Position numbers and translations under genes: made by a program. A DNA stretch of 64,000 nt from positions 63,302,001 to 63,366,000 of the forward strand of contig OZ336874.1 of assembly GCA_965287045.1 (NCBI GenBank), given 5' to 3'. The notes beneath the pieces are model-generated. The model was not told where the DNA came from. It ran no database searches and saw only the letters and a list, made by a program, of their open reading frames with translations. Source of the stretch: Carcharhinus amblyrhynchos. Taxonomy: Eukaryota. Below are positions 46,455 through 58,763 of the stretch, one piece after another; position 1 is the first letter of the stretch; each line of letters starts with the position of its first letter.

Positions 46455-46680
46455 AATCTAACAGCTGCAGCAGGCATAACGGCAAACTTTGAGCACCACG
46501 AGAACTGCATTTTCAATGGCTACGAAGGTGACCACATGCATGAACTTCAACACTTTGAGCTTCCTTCCAGTTGGGACTGGTGATATTTGCAGTATTTCCC
46601 AGATTGTCATCTATTATTGCATAAGGGAATTCACTGATGCTTTGTATTACAAGAAAGCTGAATAAAAATCATTATCCCTT
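46455..46680 (+). mobile_element. HARBI1-like transposase N-terminal fragment
   Basis: RTAFSMATKVTTCMNF...GTGDICSISQIVIYYCIREFTDALY. Confidence 0.75.
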
Positions 46681-47521
46681 GCCAGAGGAAGCAGTTTGTG
46701 TCATGATTCTGCACTAAAGGCACCATTCAAGTGCAAGTTATTAATGTTGTTGTTGATGACATTATACAAGCATTAGACAAGCAAATTAAGTTTTATAGGG
46801 AGTTGTGCAGCCTTCCATTCAGAATGGATACATTTAAATTGTTTTTTAAATTCTTCAATACAACAAGGAAGGACTTCAGGGGTAGAGATTATTTGACTGC
46901 TGCTTCAGCCAATAGTTCAAATGCTCCCACTGACTCTGCACTACTAATGGGCCTTCAAAGCCAGTAGAACTGCACAAATTCACTGAATAAATCTGAGGTG
47001 AACAGGTAACAGTCCCAAACGGACATTTTCTAACACAGTTCTAATTATCCAAATTCTAAACATAATCTTATTTGATCATGATAAATCAGTTTTGAGCATG
47101 ATATGTATGGATTTTAATCTCACTCTTAGTAAGATTTAAGTGGGGTGGGGAATAAAATCGATGCTAGAACTGACTTTAACAGGCATTTGGAGTATCACCT
47201 GTAAGTTTCCTCACAAAAAAAAGTACCTGTTCAATCTGCTAATTATATTGTTAACTCGTTATTGGCCTCAGACCATTTTTAAATTCTGATTTTAATCAGA
47301 ATATAAATTTAATCCTACAAACACTTGTATCAGCTTCAACTCCTGATCAGAACAAAATTCCAGAAGCACTGGTAGAAATATTCCACTTTCACAACACTTG
47401 AACTTCGGATAATAAAATAGAGTTAAAATATTTAACTGGATGCACTGTGCATCTTTTAAAGCCAAGAGAGCACCAATTCATTGAGTGTGACTTTTAATCA
47501 ATTTGAAAATTAGATGGCCAA

Positions 47522-47756
47522 TGTAATAGCTGCGAGGAACTGATAACCAGCTAGGAGGCAGATAAACAAACAAGGGTTTATTTGTGGGAAAATAACTATA
47601 TGCAAGACAAGGGATAAAAATGCTTCTGAACTCCACGACTCCCAGACTCCAACTGTTAGAAAGTCCATGGTCCCACACCTCGTCACAATTAGCCCAATAG
47701 GTCACGTGACTCCCCCTCCCCAAATATCTCACCCCTTAAAGGGGCATGCTACCACA
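47522..47756 (-). mobile_element. Solo LTR (235 bp) with a 5-bp target-site duplication
   Basis: Termini TGTAATAGC...GCTACCACA (TG...CA, imperfect IR); GCCAA at both 47517-47521 and 47757-47761; AATAAA on - (TTTATT at ~47577). Confidence 0.85.
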
Positions 47757-48467
47757 GCCAATGAGTGAGCTGAAGCAACATAATTAGTAGATATAGTTAA
47801 TTAAAGTTAAGTGATCCACTTGGTTGACTGATGAGCACAAATTCCCAGTGAGTCCATTTCCTTCTGACCTAATTTTAATGTAAAAGCAATATGTGCAAAT
47901 TGCTGAAAGAAATCACTCGCCATTTATAATTTAGATTACCATAGTGTAGAAATATATAGCATCTAGATTCGAAAATTTTTGATTGTTGCGCTGAGGTTGA
48001 ATTAAACCCCCAGTCCTGTCCTGTTTGGAAATGGTGCATGTGATTGTGCAAGTACTGAGTTCATGATCTTGTAAGGAAAGTAAAAATATTGATGGCTGAA
48101 TGCTGCCTTTGGAAAGAAATTAACTTGTTAGGTGTTATAATTATAACTCCTACATCAAATGCTGCAATTTTCTCTTCTGGTTTGGCAGTAATATCACCAA
48201 TAGGATCTTTCTATAATCTATTCTGCTGTCAAACAGCTTAACATTACTGATAAAATGCTAAAGACGAGATCAAGTATCTGAACAGGAGCCATGGAAATGG
48301 TACTAGTGGAAAAGTGGATCATAGAATACAATATCAGTGCATGTAAAGTTTTTGTGAGGTTCTTGCTCACAATTGTTTAAAAGGATGATGGACAAGTATT
48401 TGGAGGAGGAAGATATTGCTGTAGTGAAAGAATGAACATGAGAATGGGTATAGTCCTTTGTGCACGT

Positions 48468-48711
48468 GAGTGTTGCCAACTTTGGTGGGATTTATTTTTG
48501 GAGGTTTTGTCACATGTATCTCAGACACTTCCAGGCAGGCTTTATTTGCACCACTAATATTGCTATAACCAACAAATGGAGATGTTCAAAATAAAACATT
48601 CAATTCTTTCAATTGCGCTATGATTTTTCTCCTGACCTGTTTGCCACAGTTAAGAATTTAATCTTTAATTCCTGGAGATTTCAGGTCAGTCTCAAAGGTT
48701 TGGCAAGCCTT
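48468..48711. mobile_element. hAT-type MITE (TAGGGTTGCCAA-like TIRs) with an 8-bp TSD
   Basis: Left GAGTGTTGCCAAC, right TTTGGCAAGCCTT; flanks GTGCACGT (48460-48467) and GTGCACAT (48712-48719). Confidence 0.75.
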
Positions 48712-49050
48712 GTGCACATTTCTATCTCCTGGAACTCAGTTTTATCATCTTCAAGAGCCAGAGGGGAATTTTATTTTTCTAGAATTGGCCCAGGTTATTG
48801 GTCATAGGTTATTCAGTGCTGATTTTAATAAGTATGGTGCTGAGACTGGAGAATAAGCTCTGCCTAAAAAAAGTCCAATTCTAATTTATATTAAGATAAA
48901 ATGCATTAATTTGAAAAAAGATATTCCACAAAAGAAAGCAAAAATAATTAACTGGCTCTGCTATGAATTACTGTTATATTAGAATATTTTAAAACCCTTC
49001 GTATCCAAACTAGTTTACAGAAAGAAGGATGATAAAATAGATGAATGAGA

Positions 49051-50550
49051 TTAAACAAAATGAAATAAAGTAAATGGAAATGGGATGAAGGCGGAGGGGA
49101 GAATTCGTGCTTTGACATTTTTGAACTCAGTGTTCAGCCTGGAAGGCCAAAAAGTGCCCAATCGGAAGATGATGTGCTGTTCCTCCAGTTTGCATTGGGG
49201 TTCACTAGAACATTGCAAAAGGTCAAGGATGGCCATGTGGACAGGAGAACAGGGTGGGTGTGTTGAAGTGGCAAGCGACAGGAAGATTTGGGTCCTGCTT
49301 GCGGATGGACTGAAGGTGTTCAGCAAAGCAGTCACCCAGTGTGCGTTTTGTCTCTCTGATGTAGAGTAGACTGCATTGGGAGTAAAGATTGCAATAGATT
49401 GGATTGAAGGAGATGCATATGGAGTGCTTCTCCACCTGAAAGGAGTGTTTAGGACCTGGGACAGTGAGCAGGGAGGAGGTAAAGGGGCAAATTCTACGAT
49501 TGCATGAGAAGGTACCGTGAACAAGGGGTGAGGTGTTGGGTGTGATGGAGGAACAGACCAACGTGTCGCAGAGAGAACAATCCCTGCAGAATGGTGATGG
49601 GGGAGGTGAATGAGGGGAAGATGTGTTGATTAGTGGCATCATGCTGGAGTTGGCGGGAAATGGTCCTTTGAATGCGGAGACTGGTAGGGTTTAAAACTGA
49701 GGACAAGGAGGATCTATTCCTAATTCTGGGAGAGAGAGGAGAGGGTGAGACAGTAGCCCAAGTTTTGGGTTGGACATGATTGATAGTTCTGTCAACCAGT
49801 TGGTGGAAAACCACGATTGAGAAAGATGGAAGAAGTATCGACAGCACTATTTTTAAAGTGGCATCATCAGGGCAGGTGCGGCGGAGGTGAGGGAACTGAG
49901 AGGATGGGATGGAGTCCTTAAAGATTTTGGGGTATGAAGAGCTGTAATCAAGGCGGTTGTGGGAGTTGTTGGGCTAGGAATGGATATTTTTTAACTCTAT
50001 CTTTGGAAACAAAGAGGTCCAGAAAGGGAAGATAAGAGTCAGAGATGGATGGTGTAGCAGTGATAGAGTGGTGGAACACGAAAGCAAAATTGATCAATTT
50101 TTCCAGATCCGGATGAAAGCATGAAGTGGCACCAAAATAGTTGTCGATGTACTCATAAAGGAGTTGTGGGAGAGGGCTGGAGTAGGACTGGAACAAGGAA
50201 TGCTTTACATAACCTATAACTGGGATCCATTCGGGTGCCCCTGGCCACACCTTATATTTGGAGGAAATGAGATGAGTTAAAGGAGAAATTGTTGAGTGAG
50301 AGAACCAATTTAGCCAGACGGAGGACTGGTAATAGATGGGGATTGTTCAGACCTCTGCTTGAGGAAGAAGTGAAGAGCTGCCAGGCCAAGGAAAGCTCAA
50401 GCTCAGGGATTTTGCTGCTGGTTGGAGGGGGGTGGTCAAAAGAAGAGAAATTGATTGTCTGTCAGGAGACTGTCTCCAACCCCAAGACTTACGTCCACTG
50501 CATTAGACTGCATCTGAGCAATTCCCTCAGGAATAACAGCTTGGTATTTA
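49051..50550 (-). pseudogene. Penelope-like element ORF remnant (RT + GIY-YIG endonuclease)
   Basis: RT YEYIDNY...LEKLINFA..FH.SI...SIS.SYLPFLDL; endonuclease CISFNPIYC..SQCSLLYIRETKRTLGDCFAEHLQSI...PVACHFN; C-terminal KLEEQHIIFRLGT..P..LNTEF; frameshifted. Confidence 0.92.
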
Positions 50551-50559
50551 ACATTCAGG

Positions 50560-50695
50560 AAGGAAGAAAGGTCTTTAATTGACCTGAAAAGTTAATTCTG
50601 TTTCTCTCTTCATGGACGCTACCAAATCAGTGAGTATTTGTAGCATTTCATGTATTTTAGTTTGGAATTCCGCCATCCATCGTATATTATTTTGT
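50560..50695 (+). mobile_element. Penelope-like terminal repeat in inverted orientation at the 5'-truncated end of the ORF remnant
   Basis: GAAGA-AAGGTC-TTTAATT-GACCT-GAAA-AGTT-AATTCTGTTTCTCTCTTCATGGACGCTACC...GAGTATTTGTAGCATTTC. Confidence 0.7.
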
Positions 50696-51074
50696 TGAAT
50701 GTTTTTTAATTGCTCAATTAGATCTATATTAATACAGACATGTCAGGTTAACATCTAATGCACGTGTTTCCTAGGCTCCCAGAAAGTAACCATGCAGCGA
50801 AAGGCAGCTAGATCAGTGCACAGAGGGAGCAGAATTTTTGTTGAAATTTGACTCTTAACACTTTGGAGGTTTGATCGCAGGAGATTATTCTATCACATTA
50901 GGATGGGTGTCATTTACAGTGATGAGCAACATGACTGCTGGAGCAACAACACGAACACTAGGCAGGTGAATGGTCACAAACTGAAGGCTACATACCCAAG
51001 AGAGGAAGCAGCAAGGGGACCTGTGGAGAGATGCAACTCACAGGAGGCACTTCACAATACGTGACCTACAGAGG

Positions 51075-51660
51075 TGGCACTCTTTTCCTCTGAATCGGGG
51101 AGGTAATGGCCTTGTGATATTATCACCAGACTATTAATCCAGAAACTCAGCCAATATTCTGGGGACCTGAGTTCGAATCCCATCATGCCAGTTGATGGAA
51201 TTTGAATTAAATAACACAAAATAATCTGGAATTAAAAATCTACTGATGATCAAACCATTGTTGATTGTCAGAAAAACCTATCTGGTTCACTAATGTCCTT
51301 TAGAGAAGGAAAGCTGCCATCCTTGTCTGCTCTGGTCTACATGTGACTCCAGAACCAGTGCAATATGATTGACTCTAACCTGCCCTCCAAGGGCAACTAG
51401 GGATGGGAAATAAGTGCTGGCCAGCCAGTGACGCCCATGTCCCATGAACGAATATTTAAAAAACAGGCAGCCCACAGGTTCAAGTTTCAATTCAGTAACT
51501 TATGCACATGATGTAGGTTGAGGTTTCATTGCTGCACTGAAGCAGTGTTGTGCTGTTAGAGGCGCTGTCTTTCAGATAAGATAGCATGCTAAACAGAGGT
51601 CATGTCTAAGCATCAGATAGATGCATCTTAATGAACTGTCTTCATTCATTCATCCAGAAA
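51075..51660 (+). mobile_element. Deu-domain SINE 5' part (SacSINE1-like), split by the SINE above
   Basis: GGCACTCTTTTCCTCTGAATC | ...GGTTCAAG...GCTGTTAGAGGCGCTGTCTTTCAGATAAGA...TAAACAGAGG, similar to 23230-23270. Confidence 0.6.
51097..51465 (+). mobile_element. Full-length tRNA-derived SINE with a CR1-clade tail, nested in a Deu-SINE
   Basis: B-box GAGTTCGAATCCC at ~51169; tail GGGCAACTAGGGATGGGAAATAAGTGCTGGCC...CCCATGTCCCATGAACGAATA. Confidence 0.85.
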
Positions 51661-52719
51661 GATCATGCACTGTTCCCTTTTAGCACTTGGCTATTTCTTA
51701 AAAGGTTTCAGGATCTTTTTCTTTCATCGCTTTACTCAGGTGTATATTTTAAATATAGATCAGACTGTGAGTGAAGTAGAGCACCCTAATATCAATCTTA
51801 AAATAATACTCTGATTGTAGTGTATTGAAAATGGCATAATTTACACTTTTGGAAACAAATTATTAAAACATTCTATGCCTCTTACTTATTAAGAGGACAG
51901 ATGTAGAGTATTGAAAATTGCATTGTTGCCATACAAATATACCAGCACAGGTACACTAAGAAGGGGAAGAAAATAATCCAGGTTTTAACAGCACATACGG
52001 ACCTGACTCTGAATGCATCTTGCTGAATCTTATTGTTTATTCATTGAGAACTTCACACGTGTTGAAAACTCAACCACTTTGCTTGTGTTCGACACTGGTC
52101 AGCAAAACCAGCTGAGACCAATACTACCAGAAGGGTGCCACATGTGTGTGCCACAGCAAAGGGCGAGAGAACGTAAAGGCAGATGACCCTGAATATAATT
52201 ATGTGCTCTCTTTCAGACACAGTAACAAGCCACATGTGACAGTAACCATTGGCTGCTCAGATGTAGATGCTCTCATAGAGACAGGAGCATCTGTCACTGT
52301 CATGGGAGGCAAAATGTTCAACAAATTCTTCTGCAAACTAGGAAATATAGAATTTTCTCTTACAGCAGTGGCAAACCACTGATGGTTCCAGAGAGTTTTG
52401 AAATATTAGTCTTAATCAAAGACACTAAAATGAATGTTGTACTCTATATCATATCTGGAGAATGTGGCACACGTTACAGTTCCCACACAGCAACAGATTG
52501 CATACCAAGAATTGTATGCTGACTGCCTCACTGACAAACTGAAAGATGTGACAAGCAATCTGTATGTAGACCCTAACTGCCCCAGTCACACGTCAATGGT
52601 AACGAATACTATTTTATGTCAGATAGCAGAGAAAAAGAACTTGAATGCCTTCTTGATCTAAATATTATTGAGTGCATTAAATATGGGCCTCTGGATCAAG
52701 TGTTCGACGATGAAAAAGA

Positions 52720-53465
52720 ATCACCTTAGAAGCATTAACGTTCAGAGGGATCTAGGCATAGATGTCACAGTTCCTCGAAAGTGGCAACGTGATTCGATAA
52801 GGTGGTCAAGAAGGCATATGGCATACTTGCTTTCATCGGTTGGGGAATTGAGTATTAAAAATTGGCAAGTCACGTTGCAGCTGTACAGAACTTTAGTTAG
52901 GTTGCGTTTGGAATATTGCATACAGTTCTAGTCACCATACTACTAAAAGGATGAGGAGGTTTTGAAGAGGGTACAGAAAAGGTTTATCAGGATGTTGCCT
53001 TGTTTAGAGGGTATTAGCTGTGAGGAGAGATTGGACGAATTTGATTTGTTTTTATTTGAACGTCAGAGGCTGAGGGGCAACCCTACAGAAGTTTACAAAA
53101 TTATGAGAGGCGTGGATAGAATGGATAGTCAGTCTCTTTCCCAGGGTAGAAATGTCAATCACTAGGGGACATAGTTTAAGGTAAAAGGGGGAAAGTTTAA
53201 AGGAGACATGAGAAACAATTTTTTTTTTACAGAGGGAGGCAAGTGCCTGGAATGCTTTGCTGGAAGAGGTGGTAGAAGCAGATACAATTGAAATCTTCAA
53301 GAGGCATCTTGACAGTGTACGGTTAGGCAGGGAATAGAGGGATACACACCATGTAGAAGCAAAAGATCTTCAGTTTAGGAAAGTGTCATGTATTGGCGTA
53401 GGCTTGGTGTGCCGAAGGGTCTGTTCTTGTGCTGTATTTGTTCTTATTGTGCTCTTTGTTCTTAT
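52720..53465 (+). mobile_element. CR1 LINE 3' fragment nested in Gypsy
   Basis: QRDLGI..., LQLYRTLVRLRLEYCIQF, KRVQKRFIRMLP, GCCGAAGGG hairpin and TTGTTC-type tail. Confidence 0.93.
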
Positions 53466-54967
53466 TCACGGAATGTTGAAGCTATTGCAAATGCTGTAAA
53501 TCCTACAGACATGCAGGAAGTCTGGAATCTGCTAGGACTCATCATGTTCTATAGTTACTTCATTCCTGACCTCATTATGCTATCTGGCCTCTTGCACAAT
53601 GTGATAAAGGAGATGGGAGTAGACTAAATCGCACATGCAGGCTGTACACCAGAGTGAAGAACGGTTGTCAGCAAGTTGCACAAATGCCTATTCCAACCCT
53701 GAGAAAACAACCCACCAAACCGTGGAAACTTAGAAGCAGTTCTTGTGCAGAAAAAGGCTGGCAACCTATCAATCACTGTGATAGCAAACAGATTGCTAAA
53801 ACCCTTACAGCAATGTTATTTGCAAACAGAGAAGCACTCTCAATCACATCAGTATCTTATACTTTCATGTCTATTCATAGGGAAGTAAGCTTGAAGTAAT
53901 AAGTGATTATGGACCATGAGTAATCTTGTTCAATAATCCAGTGGATACTCAAACTTCAAGAGTACAAGTTCCATGTTGGATATCAGCCAGGCAAATGCGA
54001 CCCAGCAAATTACCTTCCATTATCTTTGTTGACAGTCAACCCTAATGGTCATGAAAAAAAGGTTGTAAACAACATCTTAACTATCTGAACATAAATGTAG
54101 TGCCAAACTCACTAAAACCAGCTGACATCAAAGTGACAACAGACAACTATGTGTGACGGATATGGAATCACAACACATGGAAAGATGCAATCAAGAGAGT
54201 GTTTACAAACAAAATTGCTTACAGACATCTTCACAACGTAGGAAATGAACTCACCATTACAACCACATCTGATCTTGTGTTGTGTGACAATTATATTGTA
54301 ATTCTGCATTCACTGGGGAAAGTGTTGTAGATATAGCTCATGCATATCACCAGGGAATTGTGAGGAGTAGCATCAACTAAACCCCATTCAACAGTCAAGA
54401 TTTCAGTAAATTTGTGCATTACCGAGGCTTCACTCAGTAAATTTGCACATGCCCTAGGCTTCACTTATTTTGGCTACGAGATCTATGCGTATCTTGAAGG
54501 AAATGGGCAAGGTTCGTTGGTCTCCCAGCCACATCTTTCCCTGTGTTGCTTGCTTATGGCAGTGTTCTCTGGTCCCGCTTCTGTCAATAGGGATTCCCGT
54601 TAATGTCACCCCAAGCCAGTGGGAAACGTACGAGTGGGAGAGCATTGCCGGCGGGGTTGAAGAATCCCTCTTGCGTGAGCAGCTGGAGAAGTCTAGCCGT
54701 GATATGTACAGTTATAGCTGAGAGGAAATCAAAGCAGTGTTGTATTGCTTTCTTCGTAACTATAGAGTAACTCCTCACTCAACATCTGAAAAAGGCTCTA
54801 GCTACACTCTTCTCAGCACACCATATGTGCACATTTTATTGAACTATCAATAGATGCGTGAAGGTGACTGAGAGTGAAAGGATCGAATGACAGCAAATAC
54901 AAAATGGAAAATGAAATTCAGAGCTGCACCACTAAACCTAGGAGATATAGTGCTTGTGAAACATGAA

Positions 54968-55800
54968 AGCCGGGATTCTCCCAAAAAAATCCTAAGTCCT
55001 CAATTTGCGCGAAAGCGGGAATAACTCCCATTGTTTTTTTTTAAGTGGGATTTTCAGATTGAATTTCTGACACTCTGAGCACTGCAGAGTACCCTAGCGG
55101 GATTCCCTCTAAAAATCAATGGGCAGGGCCTATTCCTACTGGAGAGGCCAGGAGCATAGAACTGAGTGGCCCACTGCACATGCGCGACATATCAGCGCCG
55201 AGATCAGCGCACGCACAGTGCCCTGCACTGCTGGCCTCCAGATTGCTGGCCAGCCCCACAACCCCACCATCACTGGCCTAATGACCCTCCCCACTGCCCT
55301 GCTGGCCTCCCAGACATCTCTGAGCCAGCCCTGATGATTCCCTCCACCAGCCCCTGGCCAGCCCCGAGCTCCCCAAATCCTGGCAGATCTGATCTCCCCA
55401 TCCATCCCCTCTCTCCTGGCAGTCATGAGCACACCCAACCCTCTGGCAGCCCCGACCTCCCCGTTCTGGCTTGTTATATCCAGATGGCTAGCCCCAATCA
55501 CTGTCCATACTCCCTCTATCTGCGATCCCTGTGCAAAGTGGCAGCAGGATTCCTTCCCCCACCCCATACGCCCTGTCTCCCTCAGGCCCCACCCCCTTGT
55601 CACTGCCCAACATTCTGGGGAGCGTCAATGGCCTTGCTCCATCCAGTGCGGTCAATCACCTGTTCCCATTAGTGGGGTGCAGTTGTAAACCCCTCTAAAA
55701 TGAACCACTGCTGGCAGAAGGGCCAGGGCCGACAATAGCTGGCCCAGGACTGAAGTCTGACATTAAAATGTTGATTTAAATATTGAAATCAGCCCCGCTA
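54968..55800. mobile_element. GC/CpG-rich non-autonomous Harbinger-type element nested in Gypsy integrase
   Basis: Starts GCCGGGATTCTCCCAAAAAAATCCTAAGT (cf. 58896 GCCGAACTTACCAAAAAAATTCTAAGT); Gypsy peptide resumes at ~55855. Confidence 0.65.
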
Positions 55801-56518
55801 GAGCAGTGCAGTGAGCTGGCAGATTCACCTGATGTTCATGTTAGAAAGAAAACAATCCTTTATGATATCCATCCATCTGCTGTGACCAACACATAAGGAT
55901 CAATGATCACTGCTAAGTGTGTTTCACAAGTGATCACAATAAATGCGTTATTCTCCGATTCTCTGAATGAGGCCATAAAATTCAGCCCATTGAATTCAAT
56001 CACAAGCAACATCTCAGATAAAGACTCTGAGCTAAATGAGGCCACACCCAATGTCCCATCTTACTCATGAGAGTAAAGGTCCACAATACTTAGTGATAAT
56101 GTTGCAAAGAGAACTATTAGCAGTTGGTGAACATACTTTTGGGGCCAAGGCCTGCCTCTGCACCCTACCCATGGTAAACATTCGTGGTACTTTTCCATGG
56201 TTTGGCAATTAATCACCAAAGACCTGCTTTTGGAAAGAGAACTTGAGACAAAGAAAAACAAATCTTTAACCTCATTGTATATATCGAAGTGCCTTAAAAA
56301 TTAATACAAATGTTTACATATGTAATATCATTACTGATAAAGTTGAATGTTCAAGTTATCTTACATTTATCTTTGACAATTTTAAACAAGTCATTGAATA
56401 ATACCATATTTTTCATTTACTGGGAAAGGATGTAACATATTGAAAATTACATTGTGCATTTTGTTGACTGAAAGCTGCCACACACATAAAACAGAAGAGG
56501 GAGACTAGAAGGAGAATT

Positions 56519-58763
56519 CAGAGCAAGTACCCTTATCCATAAATGGAAAAGTTAACGCATTCAAAAACAACATTTTTTTTGAAAAACTTTGACCTTTAGT
56601 GCAGGAATTCCCAGACCTGAGCCAACATCACTCAAGCCCACATGAACTTTATCAACTGCACCTGACCTTTAGCACAGGAAGTCCCTGAACCAGGCTAACA
56701 CGACCAGGCCAACACGAACATTGCCAACTGCACCAACCTTTAACGCAGGATATCTCTAATCAAGTGGACATGATCAAAATCAATATGAACCCCATCAAGC
56801 ACACTCAACTTTTAGCACAGAAAGTCTAGTTGTTTGTCTGCACTGTCTACCTTGTCAAAAAGACTATTAGATACCCTTTGGGCTAACAATGAGAAAAGGA
56901 AAAAGAAACATAGTTCATGGCCAATTGTGAAGAAGGCAGAGTTGTTGCAGAAACTTGACCATGGTGCATTTATGTGCCGAAAGAGTGAGGAGTAAGGGGT
57001 GGGTATCATTACCAAATACAATTTAAAGAAGCAGGCAGAATTGTTAACATTTTATATTGAAAATGATTCCAAAACTTAATAAGAAAATTTGCATAGGTAA
57101 AAAACTTAAGCGGATGACGGAATGGATTCATTGGTGCATGAGTGAAAGGTTTCTGCTGACTAGCCCATTGATCATGCAGCAAGCTGAGATCTATGACAAG
57201 GAACTGAGGTTTAAAGGTGCATGTGAATACTCAACAGGTTAGTTGCAGAAATTCAAGAAGCACCATGGTATCATGTTTTTGAAAGTTTGTGGTGATAAAG
57301 CATCTGCAGATCATGATGCCATTGAAAACATTATTGATGAGATTTTGCTGCTAATTTCAGAAAAGAACCTTACATGTGAACAAATTTACAATGCTGACAA
57401 AATGTATCTGTTCTGCCCAGGGAAATTGCAATTCAATGGCTGAGGAAGGTGCTTCAATAGGTGTTAAGGATGCTAAGGATATAATGACTGTCCTTGGTTG
57501 TGTCAATGTGGCTGGCAAGGATATTTGATCTAATCTGTTCACTATTATGTGAATAAGAGAGCCTGGTTAACTAGGGACGTGTTTTTTTATTGGTTTCATA
57601 GCTGTTTAATATTAGAGACACATGCTCATTGTTGGATTGCTAGAATTGAAAAAAAGGCATTCACTCTTAGGATGGTGATTTCAGACACTAATCTGGTAAA
57701 GATACTCATAATTGTCCTTGTCCTTTAAAATCTTTGACACAGACTACCCACATTAAAAACCATGCCCCCCAGAAAACCTGGAACCCTTCAAATCATCATA
57801 GTAGGGTTGGCCATGGTTAATGTTATAAGCTCCTTCTTGTTAAATTACTTTTTTAGAAAGCTCTTATAGAAAGCACTTGTCAGCTTTACCAGGGAGATCC
57901 TCTTGCTTTCTCTCATGAAATCCGTCTGCTCTGAAACTTCTTTGAAGTACTTTGATGGACAGCAAGATGTCAGATTCACTGGGAAGATCCCCTTTTAACA
58001 TTAGTTAGAAAGAGTTGCACCTGGTGTCTGGCTCTTCTGAAGTGCTCTGATTGACAGGTTGGATCACTTACCCACTAGCCAGGAGCTTTGTTTTTCTTTC
58101 TTTTTCACTGTTGAATGTATCTCAAGTGCTTTGTAAACATTGAGGCTAGGGAAGAGGAACTCAAACTTCATAGCTAGTGGGTAAATGATCCATCTGTTAA
58201 TCAAAGGCAGAATGTTTATAAACAATATGGTTGAATACACCATATATGCTTCTGCTAATGCCAGGTGCCTTGTTAATAAAGACACTTTGAACAAAGACTG
58301 GCATAACATTTGGCTTACAGCAATGTTCATCGAAGATGATAATATTGACAAAGAATTTAAAGGTTTTCATGTCATCCCACGAATCTGGTAAACCAAATTC
58401 CTTGAGTATGCAAAAGGCAGATCAATGGAATGTGCAAATATATTGGATTCTAGTAGTGGGATTTTCTGGCCATGCTTACCTCAAAACTGGAAAATCTTGC
58501 CCAAGGTCAATGGACCTTTGGATGGTCCATGTCCCACCTTCTACAATCCCGTGGTGAGTGGGATCAATATTCCATTGTTATCACTGTCCAGTACCTATAA
58601 TCATACCATTATGCAATCTTTGACTAACGGAGAGATTGCAGGAATTGGGTTATCTCAAGATCAACTTGATAATAACAGAATGATGAGGATGACACCATGA
58701 GTCCAGAGAAGGATTGACAGATGCACTCAAATAATATGCGTTTATAAGTGAGTACCCCAGCTG
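56519..58763 (+). mobile_element. Tigger/pogo-type (Tc1/mariner superfamily) DNA transposon, decayed
   Basis: CENP-B-type HTH KRKHSS...KAELLQKLD.G; S.G*LQKFKKHHGI.FLKVCGDKASAD; EQIYNADK (DDE motif NxDE); KD.MTVLGC.N.AG; NKRAWLT...F..WF. Degenerate TIRs CAG...GTAC..CTTAT at 56519 and, reverse-complemented, ending 58763. Confidence 0.85.
56591..56826 (+). repeat. Degenerate ~72-bp tandem repeat (3.3 units)
   Basis: ACCTTTAG(C/T)(A/G)CAGGAA-like anchors at ~56592, 56665, 56735 and 56808; GAAC...CAACTGCACC block repeated. Confidence 0.75.

Noticed and set aside
51097-51190. A/B-box tRNA-like heads here and in the HE1 copies as tRNA genes
   Set aside because: They are SINE heads continuing into SINE bodies and LINE-derived tails; no complete cloverleaf.
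55119-55688. Cluster of overlapping Pro/Gly-rich ORFs; CpG-island-like appearance
   Set aside because: It lies in a GC-rich non-autonomous element nested in the Gypsy; stop-codon scarcity is compositional.
56591-56826. Repeat/spacer-like periodicity suggesting CRISPR
   Set aside because: The units are degenerate tandem copies with homologous 'spacers', the context is a vertebrate TE, and there are no cas genes.
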